A stretch of DNA of 64,000 nt, taken from Anaerolineales bacterium (GTDB lineage: Bacteria > Chloroflexota > Anaerolineae > Anaerolineales > E44-bin32). The translations under genes were made by a program, and so were the position numbers. Under the pieces are notes generated by a model. That model saw nothing but the letters and a program-made list of their open reading frames with translations, was not told the origin of the DNA and ran no database searches. The DNA lies in assembly GCA_034430425.1 (NCBI GenBank), contig DAOUEK010000031.1, positions 62,702 through 126,701 on the forward strand, given 5' to 3'. This document shows, piece by piece, positions 20,058-30,128 of the stretch; positions within the stretch are counted from its first letter, which is position 1, and every line of letters begins with the position of its first letter.

Positions 20058-20106
20058 CACCGATCAGGGGCTGTATGGATTGGTGAGATCCAATGGGGTG
20101 GTGGGC

Positions 20107-20595
20107 TTATTCGCTGTCTAGGATTTCGGGTGCTTGTTCGGTAATATTGAGGCGGTCGGCGGATAACTTGGCGATACCGTTTCGGGTCTGATTGACGAGA
20201 TGCAGCAGTTCTGCCTCGATCGCTCCCAGTGATTCGACAATATAATCATCCGCTTCACGACGGATCAATTCGGCGTCCGCTCGAGCTTGTGCCAGGATCT
20301 GTTCAGCCCTCGCTTGTGAAGCTTCCACAATAGCATCTCGAGCAACAACTTCTTCTGCGTTCTTCTTCGCCAGGGCGATCGTTCGATTGGCTTCTTCCTG
20401 TGCTTGTGCAAGTACGCGGTCACGCTGGGCAAGTACCTGTTGTGCTTTTTTTACTTCATCTGGAATCGAAATCCGCATCTGATCGATGATTTCCAGCATA
20501 CGATCTTCGTCAACCACAACGTTGTGGGTTAGTGGGATCGGTCTGCTTTCGTTGAATAACTCTTCCAACCGATCCACTAAATGTAGGATGTCCAT
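20107..20595 (-). CDS. Coiled-coil protein of unknown function (ATP-synthase-b-like heptad region)
   Basis: ATG at 20595 preceded by GGAGGAAAG. 162 aa, Ala/Glu/Gln-rich helix (AQQVLAQRDRVLAQAQEEANRTIALAKKNAEE...). Sits directly downstream of coaD. Confidence 0.7.
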   Translation of the reverse strand: MDILHLVDRLEELFNESRPIPLTHNVVVDEDRMLEIIDQMRISIPDEVKKAQQVLAQRDRVLAQAQEEANRTIALAKKNAEEVVARDAIVEASQARAEQILAQARADAELIRREADDYIVESLGAIEAELLHLVNQTRNGIAKLSADRLNITEQAPEILDSE

Positions 20596-20697
20596 ACTTT
20601 CCTCCGGTCCGTATTGCGGATTAGATAGGACCGCATTCTTGATGTTGCAAGGTTTAGGCCGAAGCGTACACTGATTAAGCTTTCCGGTCAACCCGCC

Positions 20698-21225
20698 TTA
20701 GTCGCGCAGGGAGGTGTCCGAAAAGCGATTCGGGCCATCTTCACCGAGTTCCTGGAAGCGGCGATCGAGTGCTTTTACGACGTGCTCGGGAACAAGGCTG
20801 CTGACGTCGCCGCCCAGGGAAGCAATTTCTTTCACCGTACTCCCCGTGAGGAAGCTATGTTCCTCACTGGTGATCAGGGCGACAACATCGATGTCCGGCT
20901 CGAGACGGTGATTCGCTAGCGCCATGCGGAATTCGTGTTCGAAGTCCGAAAATACCCGCAGACCTCGAACGATGACCAGCGCGTTGACTTCCTTGCAGTA
21001 ATTTACCGTCAGGCCGCTGAATATGGTCGCGCTGATGCGTTTGTCATCTTCGAATTCCTTGCGAACGAGTGCCAAACGTTCTTCAGGCGTGAACAATAAC
21101 TCTTTCTTTGGTTTATCGTATACGGCGATGATCATTTCGTCGAACAATCGAATGGCACGTTTCGCAATGTCGATGTGACCGAAATGAATGGGATCGAAAG
21201 TGCCAGGAAAGACGGCTCGAACCAT
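20698..21225 (-). CDS. coaD: Phosphopantetheine adenylyltransferase
   Basis: FPGTFDPIHFGHIDI nucleotidyltransferase motif. The start overlaps the recG stop (TAATG). Confidence 0.92.
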   Translation of the reverse strand: MVRAVFPGTFDPIHFGHIDIAKRAIRLFDEMIIAVYDKPKKELLFTPEERLALVRKEFEDDKRISATIFSGLTVNYCKEVNALVIVRGLRVFSDFEHEFRMALANHRLEPDIDVVALITSEEHSFLTGSTVKEIASLGGDVSSLVPEHVVKALDRRFQELGEDGPNRFSDTSLRD

Positions 21226-23774
21226 TAACTCATTTCTCCCTTCTCAGGTGACCAATAGCGCTGAATGTCTTCGGCGATCAGGGTATGTTGGGGTTGAGAC
21301 AACGTTGGATCGACGGAGAAAACAACCTGTGCTTCTCTGCGCGCTTTTTCGATCAGTTTGACATCAGTAATCTGTGCGGTGCGTAAATTCGTGAAACCCG
21401 ATTGCCGTGTTCCCAGAAATTCACCGGGACCGCGTTGATCGAGATCGTACTCGGCGAGTTTGAAACCGTCTGTTGTGGACTCCATCGCCGCGAGCCTCTC
21501 GTTGTCGGTATCGTTGTCTGTATCCGGGATGAGCAGACAATACGATGGATGTTGGCCTCTTCCGACGCGCCCCCGGAATTGATGCAGTTGTGCCAGGCCA
21601 AATCGGTTCGCACCTTCAATCAGCATGACAGTCGCATTGGGGACGTCGATACCGACTTCAACAACAGAGGTGGAGACGAGAATGTCGATTTTTCCTTCCC
21701 GGAATCTGGACATAATCTCATCTTTGTCCTCCGGCTTCATCCGTCCGTGCAGCAATCCGAGACGGAATTGGGGAAAAATCTCCTGGCTCAATTTCTCGTG
21801 TTCCTCGACGGCAGCCTTGGTCTGTATCTTTTCGGAATCCTCGACGAGAGGATAGACGATAAATGCCTGGTGACCCTGTTCGATTTGTGTGTGAACGAAA
21901 TGGTGTGCTCGGGTTCGCTCTTGTGGTCGGAAGACCTGTGTCTCGACCGGTTTGCGGCCTTTTGGCATTTCGTCGATGACCGACAGATCGAGATCACCAT
22001 AGATGGTTAGAGCAAGGGACCTCGGAATAGGGGTTGCGGTCATGACCAGTAGATTGGGATTTTCGCCTTTTTCGCGCAGGATGGCGCGCTGCCCGACTCC
22101 AAAGCGGTGCTGTTCATCAATCACGGCGAGGCCCAGTTTCATGAAGTTAACCGGACCTTCCAGGAGTGCATGCGTCCCGACGATAACCTGGATATCGCCG
22201 TTCTCCAATCTTGTTCGAATATCCTGTTTGTCGCTTTCGGATGTTGACCCGAGCAGTAATCCGATGCGTTCTGCGGGAATCCCGCTGGTGGATGGAAGGA
22301 TCTCAAGCAGGGTACGATAATGCTGTTCTGCAAGAATGCTGGTGGGTGCCATGATTGCAGACTGCGCCTCACATGCGGCCGTGATTCCAACGGCTGCCGC
22401 TGCGACAATCGTTTTCCCTGATCCGACATCGCCTTGTAACAATCGATTCATAGGATGGGGCGCTTCGAGATCGGATTGAATTTCTTTCAGCGCGCGTTTT
22501 TGGGATTGCGTCAATTCGTATGGCAATGAGGATTGAAATCGATCAATCCATTCCGAGTCAACCTGCAGAGGTGGGCTGTCGAGTTTTTCCCAGTTTTGTT
22601 TCTGGCGAAGAACACCAAGCTGCAGCATGAACATTTCGTCGAAGGCGATGCGGTGTTGCGCCTGACGCAAGTGCTCCCAATCATCTGGGAAGTGAATTTG
22701 CTTCAACGCTTGATTCAGGGAGATCAAGCCTGAGGACTCGCGGATTGAATCTGGCAGCGGGTCAGGAATTCGAGGCGCCAATCGATCTACGACGGAATGG
22801 ATGACCCGCCGCAGCCATTTACTGGATACACCCGCCGTCAGTGGATATATCGGCACGATGCGATTGGTATGCAGCTGTTTCCGTTCCAGCAGCTCCCATT
22901 CCGGACTGTTCATGGTGAGGTGGCCAAGGTATTGATCGATTTTGCCGGATAAAACGATGGGGCGATCGGGGCTGATGCGTTCGGCGATCCATGGCTGGTT
23001 AAACCAGGTCACTCGCAACGATCCGGTTCCATCACTGATGACAGCTTCGACCAGCTTTATCTTGCCGCTGCGTACGGTTCGTGTGTTCACCTCTTCAACT
23101 GTGCCAATGACGGTTACCTCATCACCATAGAACAGCTGGCTAATGGTTTTCAGCTGGGAGTAATCGTCATATCGGCGTGGCAGGTGCCAGAGTAAATCGC
23201 CGAGTGTTGATAAATCCAATTTCTTGAGCGTTTTTGCGGATTTGGGTCCTATACCGGCGATGCTGGTCAGGGGCGCGTTGAGGGCAGCTGGACGTTCCCG
23301 GGTTTCCGGCTCGCCATTGTTGCTGGACTGATCTTTCTTTGATTCCCCGGGGGGTTCCGGTTTCTCAGTTTCCTTTAGCTCTTGTCCGTTGATTTCAACG
23401 TTCACCTCATCTTGAGATGCTGGAGCAGAGAATGATTCCTCATGCCTCTCCTCTTGGATTGCGGAAGCTGGTTCTGCATAAGATCCTGTTCCTCGTGGAG
23501 GCAAATCGGGGAAGGGCAAGCCAGGGAACTCGGATTGCAAACGACGAATGAGTCCTTCGAGCGCCTCCTGTCGTGAGGTGATCGACAACTGCGGATAATC
23601 CCGAAGCCTTGCAACCACAGCTTTGATCACATTTTCCGGAATTCCGGTCGAACGTGCTTCCGATTCCCAGGGTTCGAGCATACGTTGAAGACCGCCCACA
23701 ACAGCCCGGTTATCATAGTTGCGTTCGACTTCCAAATTTAAAAACTTAGCGATTTTTTCTAATGCTGGATTCAT
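21225..23774 (-). CDS. recG: ATP-dependent DNA helicase RecG (with ~190-aa N-terminal extension)
   Basis: LTSIAGIGPKSAKTLKKL...HLPRRYDD wedge-domain entry, GDVGSGKT, DEQHRFG, and helicase C-terminal motifs. The start at 23774 (MNPALEK) avoids overlap with the upstream degV. The ORF-track start is 23864. Confidence 0.9.
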   Translation of the reverse strand: MNPALEKIAKFLNLEVERNYDNRAVVGGLQRMLEPWESEARSTGIPENVIKAVVARLRDYPQLSITSRQEALEGLIRRLQSEFPGLPFPDLPPRGTGSYAEPASAIQEERHEESFSAPASQDEVNVEINGQELKETEKPEPPGESKKDQSSNNGEPETRERPAALNAPLTSIAGIGPKSAKTLKKLDLSTLGDLLWHLPRRYDDYSQLKTISQLFYGDEVTVIGTVEEVNTRTVRSGKIKLVEAVISDGTGSLRVTWFNQPWIAERISPDRPIVLSGKIDQYLGHLTMNSPEWELLERKQLHTNRIVPIYPLTAGVSSKWLRRVIHSVVDRLAPRIPDPLPDSIRESSGLISLNQALKQIHFPDDWEHLRQAQHRIAFDEMFMLQLGVLRQKQNWEKLDSPPLQVDSEWIDRFQSSLPYELTQSQKRALKEIQSDLEAPHPMNRLLQGDVGSGKTIVAAAAVGITAACEAQSAIMAPTSILAEQHYRTLLEILPSTSGIPAERIGLLLGSTSESDKQDIRTRLENGDIQVIVGTHALLEGPVNFMKLGLAVIDEQHRFGVGQRAILREKGENPNLLVMTATPIPRSLALTIYGDLDLSVIDEMPKGRKPVETQVFRPQERTRAHHFVHTQIEQGHQAFIVYPLVEDSEKIQTKAAVEEHEKLSQEIFPQFRLGLLHGRMKPEDKDEIMSRFREGKIDILVSTSVVEVGIDVPNATVMLIEGANRFGLAQLHQFRGRVGRGQHPSYCLLIPDTDNDTDNERLAAMESTTDGFKLAEYDLDQRGPGEFLGTRQSGFTNLRTAQITDVKLIEKARREAQVVFSVDPTLSQPQHTLIAEDIQRYWSPEKGEMS

Positions 23775-23814
23775 TGGGTTAATAATAAAGGTGAAGCAGG
23801 AAATTTGCCAGAGA

Positions 23815-24660
23815 CTAAACGCAAAGTCCAGCGATGCCCAGGGCATTTGGTCCGACATGGACACCCAACAACGTCGTTACATCGACAGTCAGGGGCGGTG
23901 TCGCGGACAGATGCGATAGCTCTCCAGCCAACGATTTGGCTTCTTCCGGGACGGCTGTATGCAGGATGGCCAATCGTCGAAGCGGTCCCCATGATCTTCC
24001 CAGGGCCTTCAATTTATCAATAGCGTTGTGGCGTGTACGAACGAGTGCTTTACGAACGACCTCTCCATCTTCTACGCTTACAAGTACACGGATGCGTAAA
24101 ATCCTTCCAAGGCTCGCAGTTGCCCAGCTCACGCGACCGCTTCGCATCAAATACTCCTGCGTATCCAACATGGCGAGTAAACGTGCCCTTTTACGGATTT
24201 TAAATAATTTCTCGAGTGTATTTGGGATTGTACATCCTGCGGCGATAGCTTGAGACGCTTCCATAGCCTGAAACCCCAGACCCAGGGATACGGATTGACT
24301 ATCGAAAATGTGGACTCGGTCGCCGAATTTTTGTGCAGCCTGGTTGACGACGTTGATCATCCCACTCAATTTCGCAGAAAGGTGTATGGAGAGTACCTGC
24401 GTATAGCCCGACTCAAATCGTTCTTGATACACCTGCTCGAAAGCGAGCGAGGAGGGAACAGCGGTTGTGGGCGGTGTTTTTAAAATTGGCAGGCGACGAT
24501 AAAATTCATCACGGGATAAATCGATTCCATCAAGATAGGTCTTGTCATCTATCGTGAGAATCGCAGGCACAACTTCGATATCCAATGCCTTTGCTTCCTG
24601 CTCGGGAATATCGGACGTGCTGTCGGTTACAACGGCGATTTTCGATCTCGAGGCCTTCAT
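23815..24660 (-). CDS. DegV-family fatty-acid-binding protein (FakB-like), copy A
   Basis: KIAVVTDSTSDIP..., DegV fold pattern, 281 aa from the ATG at 24660. Confidence 0.85.
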   Translation of the reverse strand: MKASRSKIAVVTDSTSDIPEQEAKALDIEVVPAILTIDDKTYLDGIDLSRDEFYRRLPILKTPPTTAVPSSLAFEQVYQERFESGYTQVLSIHLSAKLSGMINVVNQAAQKFGDRVHIFDSQSVSLGLGFQAMEASQAIAAGCTIPNTLEKLFKIRKRARLLAMLDTQEYLMRSGRVSWATASLGRILRIRVLVSVEDGEVVRKALVRTRHNAIDKLKALGRSWGPLRRLAILHTAVPEEAKSLAGELSHLSATPPLTVDVTTLLGVHVGPNALGIAGLCV

Positions 24661-24667
24661 TACTTTT

Positions 24668-25519
24668 TTACATCGCCTCCAAGATGACGATGCCAAGACT
24701 GTTGAGCCCGAGATAGGCTGTTAGACAGGCGCCATAAGATGTCGTGGCGATGGAGACTTCGGGATAGATCGGTCGCAGTCGTTCGATGATCGAGAGGCTT
24801 TCTTGGGTTGGATGAGAACTCTCTTGAAGAATGGCAATATGTTCGACGGATGAGAATTCGAGTACGAATTCGATCAATTTTTCAACCGCCCGTGTTCGAG
24901 AGCGGACTTTCTCCATCGGAATCATCTTCCCATCTTCCAGGGTGAGAAATGGGATGATCTCCAACATATCTCCCAGGATCGCCTGGGATCGGCTGATATA
25001 CTGATTTTCTTCGAGGTAGAAGAGATCATGCATGAAGAAAACCATGTATAGTCGAGGGATGATATTCCTGGTAAGGCGAATGAGTGAATCGAAATCGGCA
25101 CCTTGACTTGCTGCTTTAACTACAGCCTGTATGAGTAACCCCAATCCATAGGAGACAGACTGGGAGTCGATGACCTGGATTTTGGTTTTCCCTAAAAAGC
25201 GTTGGCTTGCGGCTTGCGCGTTCGCCACAGCATCACACAACCCTGCGGAGGTATGGATGGAAAGAATTTGATCGCTCTCTGATTGTAGTCGGGCATAGAT
25301 CGAAGCCATTTGATCGATCGAAAACGATTCGATCTTTGGAACGCTCTGACACTCTTCGATCGTCGAGCGATACGCACCAATATCAACATCACCTCGATCC
25401 TCGATCGTTGTTACGCCACAGCGAATCCCCATTGGGGCAATGGATAAAGGATATTGATGAGCAATACTATTTGCAGGAAAACGGACCGAGCTGTCGGTTA
25501 CGATGCTGATGCGGGCCAT
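24668..25519 (-). CDS. DegV-family fatty-acid-binding protein (FakB-like), copy B
   Basis: RISIVTDSSVRFP..., 283 aa, tandem with copy A. Confidence 0.85.
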   Translation of the reverse strand: MARISIVTDSSVRFPANSIAHQYPLSIAPMGIRCGVTTIEDRGDVDIGAYRSTIEECQSVPKIESFSIDQMASIYARLQSESDQILSIHTSAGLCDAVANAQAASQRFLGKTKIQVIDSQSVSYGLGLLIQAVVKAASQGADFDSLIRLTRNIIPRLYMVFFMHDLFYLEENQYISRSQAILGDMLEIIPFLTLEDGKMIPMEKVRSRTRAVEKLIEFVLEFSSVEHIAILQESSHPTQESLSIIERLRPIYPEVSIATTSYGACLTAYLGLNSLGIVILEAM

Positions 25520-25521
25520 GT

Positions 25522-27216
25522 TTATTCGATCGACATGATGATTTGATAATGTGGTTGACAGCCTTCAACGACTTCGATTTCTTGATCTGTATAGATCTGC
25601 CGCAGGTTGTCGGCGATTTCGTTTGCTTGCCTGGCATTGAGATCCGCACCGTAGTAGAAAGTGAGCAACTCCAATTCTTCCGCCTTGGCAAGGGCGAGGC
25701 CTTCCTTGACGACCTGCTCGATATCGTCGCCGGCAATAGCAAGTTTACCGTTCAGCAGCGCAATGATCTGGCCCTCCTCGACCTGGACGTCGTCGATCTC
25801 GACTGAACGCGTCGCAGTGGTTATCTCCAGGCATTGAACGTCATCCAACGCGGCCGTCATTGACGCTACGATTTCATCGAAGTCAGCTTCCTTGTTGAAG
25901 GCGAATAACGCTGAGATACCTTGCGGTACAGAGACGCTGGGAATTACAGCAACTTGCTTTACAGTTAGATTGATGACTTGTTTTGCGGCCAGAACGACAT
26001 TCTTATTGTTGGGAAGAATTATCACCTTCTCGGTTGGAAGGTTCTCGAAGGCGTTGAGGATTTCTTGCGTACTCGGATTCATGGTTTGACCGCCTTCGAC
26101 AATCGAAGAAACGCCCAGGCTGGCGAAAACTCGGGCAATGCCATTTCCAGGCGCTACAGCGACTGTTGCGGTGTCTCCCGGCTGAATTGGTTCGAGCTGG
26201 ATATCTTCCATGGTTTGTTTGGAAGCTCGATCTTCCATCTGCGCCATTAAATTCTCGATGGCGACATTGGTGATCGTCCCTAATGTTTTAACGTATTCGA
26301 TCGGTTCGTATTCCGTCTTGTCTGGCACGTGGATATGCATGCGCATCAATCCATCGCCTTCACCAACCTGTATAGACGTCCCCAGTGTCTCGAGGTGGCT
26401 GTAAAAAATTTGAATGTCCAGTGTAGGTTCTGGCCGAAAGTCGATGATCACTTCCCAATCTTGCCCGGGTTCGATCGATTCAGTTGCGCTGTCCAGGTTG
26501 ATGGAACTCAAGGGTTGAACGTTGGTTACGGGTTGATCCAGGGGGAGGGAATAGACGGCACGCAGCATACCTTCGAGAATGAGGAATAGCCCCATACCTC
26601 CACTGTCGACCACGCCAGCTTCCTTGAGAACGGGCAGCAATTCCGGGGTTCTCTGCACGGATTCGTCGGCCGCTACAACGATGCGTTCAAGCAACTCGTA
26701 GGCAGAATGGGTCCCATTCTTCACGGCTTTCTCTGCTTCATCGGCGATGTCTTTCGTAACTGTCAGAATGGTGCCTTCCACTGGCCGAACGACTCCCTTG
26801 TAGGCGGTTTCGCGCGCTTCGGAGAGTGCTGCGGCCATACATTCAACGTCCATATATTCTAGATCATCGAGGACTCGCGAGAACCCGCGCCAGATCTGCG
26901 AGAGAATTACCCCAGAGTTACCACGCGCACCCATCAGCGCGCCGTGCGCGATCGAGTGGGCGACTTGGCCAATGGAGCGATTGGCTTCTTTCGAGGTCTC
27001 ATCTATGGCGGATTGCATGGTGAGCACCATATTGGTGCCCGTATCACCATCCGGCACCGGGAACACGTTGAGGGAGTTTACCAGCTGCTGATTGGTGCGC
27101 AGCCAGGTTAATCCGGCTGTTGTGAGGCGGCGAAGCATATTACCATCAACGGTTTTGTACCGACCGATTAGACGTTGACGGTTTGCTTTATCTATCTGTG
27201 GGATTACATCACTCAT
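25522..27216 (-). CDS. DAK2-domain protein YloV/FakA-like (fatty acid kinase ATP-binding subunit family)
   Basis: N-terminal Dak2 domain (VPDGDTGTNM, GARGNSGVILSQ), 564 aa. Located between asp23 and the degV genes, as in Firmicutes. Confidence 0.88.
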   Translation of the reverse strand: MSDVIPQIDKANRQRLIGRYKTVDGNMLRRLTTAGLTWLRTNQQLVNSLNVFPVPDGDTGTNMVLTMQSAIDETSKEANRSIGQVAHSIAHGALMGARGNSGVILSQIWRGFSRVLDDLEYMDVECMAAALSEARETAYKGVVRPVEGTILTVTKDIADEAEKAVKNGTHSAYELLERIVVAADESVQRTPELLPVLKEAGVVDSGGMGLFLILEGMLRAVYSLPLDQPVTNVQPLSSINLDSATESIEPGQDWEVIIDFRPEPTLDIQIFYSHLETLGTSIQVGEGDGLMRMHIHVPDKTEYEPIEYVKTLGTITNVAIENLMAQMEDRASKQTMEDIQLEPIQPGDTATVAVAPGNGIARVFASLGVSSIVEGGQTMNPSTQEILNAFENLPTEKVIILPNNKNVVLAAKQVINLTVKQVAVIPSVSVPQGISALFAFNKEADFDEIVASMTAALDDVQCLEITTATRSVEIDDVQVEEGQIIALLNGKLAIAGDDIEQVVKEGLALAKAEELELLTFYYGADLNARQANEIADNLRQIYTDQEIEVVEGCQPHYQIIMSIE

Positions 27217-27243
27217 CTTCTACCTGTCCTCGGCCTATATCTA

Positions 27244-27600
27244 TCAATCTGTATCACTGACACGAAGGTCTTGTACATGAACGTTAACCGCGGTTACCGG
27301 CATTCCAATCGCCCGTTCGACTTGAAAACGAACGGCATTGGCAACACTTCCGGCGACAGAAGAGATGCGCGTCCCGTATTCAACTATGACGAAGATGTCA
27401 ATGGACATATGATCTTCGTAGGCATGGACATCAACACCATGTTGAGGATCGCGTGCGATCACATTGGCGATGCCGTCCATAAAGTTCTTGGACGACATCC
27501 CTACAACGCCGTAAGATTGAAGTGCAGCTTGCGATGCAATGGTGGCGATTGCCTTTGGGGCAATTGTGATTCTGCCCAAATATGTTGTTTCACCGGTCAT
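27244..27600 (-). CDS. Asp23/Gls24 family envelope-stress protein
   Basis: ATG at 27600 preceded by GGAGG at 9 nt. GRITIAPKAIATIASQAALQSYGVVGM is typical of Asp23. Confidence 0.85.
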   Translation of the reverse strand: MTGETTYLGRITIAPKAIATIASQAALQSYGVVGMSSKNFMDGIANVIARDPQHGVDVHAYEDHMSIDIFVIVEYGTRISSVAGSVANAVRFQVERAIGMPVTAVNVHVQDLRVSDTD

Positions 27601-27631
27601 AAAATTTTGCCTCCGCAGTGGCAGCAATCAA

Positions 27632-27660
27632 TTGATACATTAATTATCATGTGGTAAGAT
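27632..27660 (+). promoter_or_regulatory. Sigma-70-type promoter for rpmB
   Basis: TTGATA (27632-27637), 17-nt spacer, TAAGAT (27655-27660) with a TG upstream (extended -10). About 40-nt leader to rpmB. Confidence 0.5.
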
Positions 27661-27706
27661 TTGTGCCGCTGGAGTGAATTCTATACTCCTTACGAAAGGG
27701 TATCGC

Positions 27707-27886
27707 ATGGCTAAGTGTGAAAATTGCGGCAAGACGACACAATTCGGACAAACCCGCAGCTTTTCGATGAAAGCTACGAAACGTACTTTTCGGCCGAACC
27801 TTCAGAAGGTTCAGGTCATGGAAAACGGTCGTTTGGTGCAGAAAACGTTATGTACAAAATGTATTAAACGCCTCGCTCGTGTCTAA
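27707..27886 (+). CDS. rpmB: 50S ribosomal protein L28
   Basis: [35 protein letters not shown], 59 aa. The ORF-track N-terminus (27674) is leader sequence. Confidence 0.92.
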   Translation: MAKCENCGKTTQFGQTRSFSMKATKRTFRPNLQKVQVMENGRLVQKTLCTKCIKRLARV

Positions 27887-27924
27887 TTTCAATACAATAT
27901 TCTATTGATTTAAACCCCATTATG

Positions 27925-27948
27925 GGCCGCCGCCTCGGCGGTCTTTTT
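27925..27948 (+). terminator. rpmB intrinsic terminator
   Basis: GGCCGCCG (27925-27932), loop CCT, CGGCGGTC (27936-27943), then T5. Confidence 0.7.
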
Positions 27949-28278
27949 CATTCTTTTCTCCCATATCAATATTGGGTTGCCGATTTCGACTGGTTCTTCA
28001 AGTGGAACTGCCTCGTTAAGACACAAAATTAATTTGCTCCAATTACTGCGATCAACGGATCGTGGTGCTAACGTGCTCAGGATCAAATCGTGTGCGAATT
28101 TCAAAAAATCGATGGGACGGCGTGCGGCTAGCAACTTCAAACGTGGCTGCAATCATACCTTTTTGGCCCATGCTTGACAAGCTGTTTATCAGGTTGATCT
28201 TTTTCATGATATTCGTATGCCGTAATGATTGTTTCGGGTTGACGACCTGTTAGGTTGGAGAATTCTAATCCGTCGGGA

Positions 28279-29328
28279 TTAGGACTCGTTCTTCCCTTCT
28301 GTTGCCAATTGACCGCAGCCAGCCTGGATTCTTATCCCTCGGCGCAGGCGCATTGTGCAGGAAATCCCGTGATGGGAGAGTCTGCTAAAGAAGCGGTCAG
28401 CATTATTTTTATTCGTAGCATCACCCTTGAAGTCGGAAGTTGGGTTTAGCGGAATGAGATTCACATGACAATTCATTTCATGGATGAGATCGGCGAGTGC
28501 CTCTGCCTGATCGAGGCCATCATTTACGTCGCGAATCAATGCCCATTCGAAGGTGATTCGTCGGCCGGATTGGTGGATGTATTCTTTACAAGCAGGCATT
28601 AATACTTCTAAGGGATAGCGTCGATTGACCGGCAGCAATTGATCCCGCAGGGCATTCGTGGCCGCATGCAGGGAGACGGCAAGGTTGAATTGCCATCCTT
28701 CCCGGGTGAAGAGTTTGATTCCCGGAACCAGGCCAACGGTAGAAATCGTTATCCGTCTGGCACCAAGATTGAATCCATCAGGATGGTTCAAACGTACGAG
28801 CGCCGGGAGTACAGCATCGTAGTTGTGGAAAGGTTCACCCATACCCATTACTACGATGTTGGTGATTTGCTTCTTCTGTGCGGCAAGCTGCCTGGCGTAA
28901 TGAATGACCTGTTCGATGATTTCGCCGCTGCTCAGGTTCCTTCGAAATCCCATTTGCCCGGTGGCGCAGAACGCACAACCCAAGGCGCAGCCGACTTGTG
29001 TGGAGATACAGACCGTATTCCGCTTTTCATAATGCATGAGTACAGTTTCAACTTTTTCCCCGTCGGGCAGTGTGAAGAGTGTCTTGATGGTGCTGCCGTC
29101 CTCGGAGCATTGTCTGTCCGTTTCCACAAGATTGGAGAAAGAGAGCACCTCATTTACTCGTGCTCTCAGCTCGAGGGTTAAGTCTGTCAACGCATTCGTA
29201 TCTGTGACCAACCGCCGATAAATTCCGCGCCAGATCTGTTTGGCACGATAGGATGGCTCTCCCCATTGTTCGAGGTTATCTGTGAGTTCCTCCAGGGAGA
29301 GATCGAATATCGAGGTTCGGGGGGTCAT
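28279..29328 (-). CDS. rlmN: 23S rRNA/tRNA (adenine-C2)-methyltransferase RlmN (radical SAM)
   Basis: CxxxCxxC as GCALGCAFCATGQMG, YRAKQIW N-terminus, MGMGEP, C-terminal GCGQL. Confidence 0.92.
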   Translation of the reverse strand: MTPRTSIFDLSLEELTDNLEQWGEPSYRAKQIWRGIYRRLVTDTNALTDLTLELRARVNEVLSFSNLVETDRQCSEDGSTIKTLFTLPDGEKVETVLMHYEKRNTVCISTQVGCALGCAFCATGQMGFRRNLSSGEIIEQVIHYARQLAAQKKQITNIVVMGMGEPFHNYDAVLPALVRLNHPDGFNLGARRITISTVGLVPGIKLFTREGWQFNLAVSLHAATNALRDQLLPVNRRYPLEVLMPACKEYIHQSGRRITFEWALIRDVNDGLDQAEALADLIHEMNCHVNLIPLNPTSDFKGDATNKNNADRFFSRLSHHGISCTMRLRRGIRIQAGCGQLATEGKNES

Positions 29329-30128
29329 TTTTTATCTGCGGTAAATTGTGTGGTGAGTTTGATGAGGTCTTCGAAGATCCAGTCCGGATGAATCGATGAA
29401 TTTTCGAGCTCCTGACGAGAGGTCACGCCTGTAAGTACTAACGCCGTCCAAAGACCTGCTTTGATGCCTCCCAGGATATCCGTATCGAGCCGGTCGCCGA
29501 GTGCGAGGGTTTCGTCGGGTTTCGTGCCTAATGTGCGTAATGCAAATTGATAAAGATAAGTCTCGGGTTTCCCGATGATGATTGGTTGGATTCCTGTTGC
29601 TGCACTAATTGTGGCCAGTATGGCACCATTACCGATGGTGATACCCCGCTCTGTCGGGAAACTTGGATCGGGATTGGTGCCGATGAATAATGCCCCGGCT
29701 CCGATCGCATACGCCGCTTCGGATAACTTCTGCCAGGAAATTTCTCGGTCCAGGCCAACGACGACGGCGACGGCTTCTTCCGCGCTTTCGCAAATATCGA
29801 ACCCCGCGGAAACGATCGCTTGACGCAATGGTGCTTCACCAATCACAAGCACTTTGCCGTCTTGAAGTTGATATTCGCGTAGATATTCTGCGGTCGCCAT
29901 TGCGGATGTAATGACTTTCTTTGGGGGGATCTGAACACCCAAATCGTTGAGTCGCCTTGCGAGGATTTCCGGTGAGACTGTGGCATTGTTGGTGGCAACG
30001 ACGAAGCCGAGTTCGCGCGCCGCGAGCAAAGAAAAGAACTCGGTGATCCCCGGCAGCGGAGACGCCCCCAAAACCAGGACGCCATCCATGTCGATAATCA
30101 GCGCGCGGATTTGGTCTAGTGTCTTCAC
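29325..30128 (-). CDS. HAD-superfamily hydrolase, subfamily IIA (NagD-like)
   Basis: LIIDMDGVLV (DxDG), VVATNNAT, GDRLDTDILGG. The stop overlaps the rlmN start by 4 nt. Confidence 0.8.
   Translation of the reverse strand: MKTLDQIRALIIDMDGVLVLGASPLPGITEFFSLLAARELGFVVATNNATVSPEILARRLNDLGVQIPPKKVITSAMATAEYLREYQLQDGKVLVIGEAPLRQAIVSAGFDICESAEEAVAVVVGLDREISWQKLSEAAYAIGAGALFIGTNPDPSFPTERGITIGNGAILATISAATGIQPIIIGKPETYLYQFALRTLGTKPDETLALGDRLDTDILGGIKAGLWTALVLTGVTSRQELENSSIHPDWIFEDLIKLTTQFTADKK

Noticed and set aside
23775-23864. Upstream extension of recG
   Set aside because: It would overlap the preceding degV gene by 50 nt. The Trp/Phe-rich sequence looks non-coding. ATG 23774 leaves a 40-nt gap.
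27910-28152. 80-aa minus-strand ORF downstream of rlmN, considered as a real gene
   Set aside because: It has a TTG start without an SD sequence. It overlaps another equally open frame, its 3' end lies inside the rpmB terminator hairpin, and I recognised no family. The region is kept only as an unexplained spacer in the findings.
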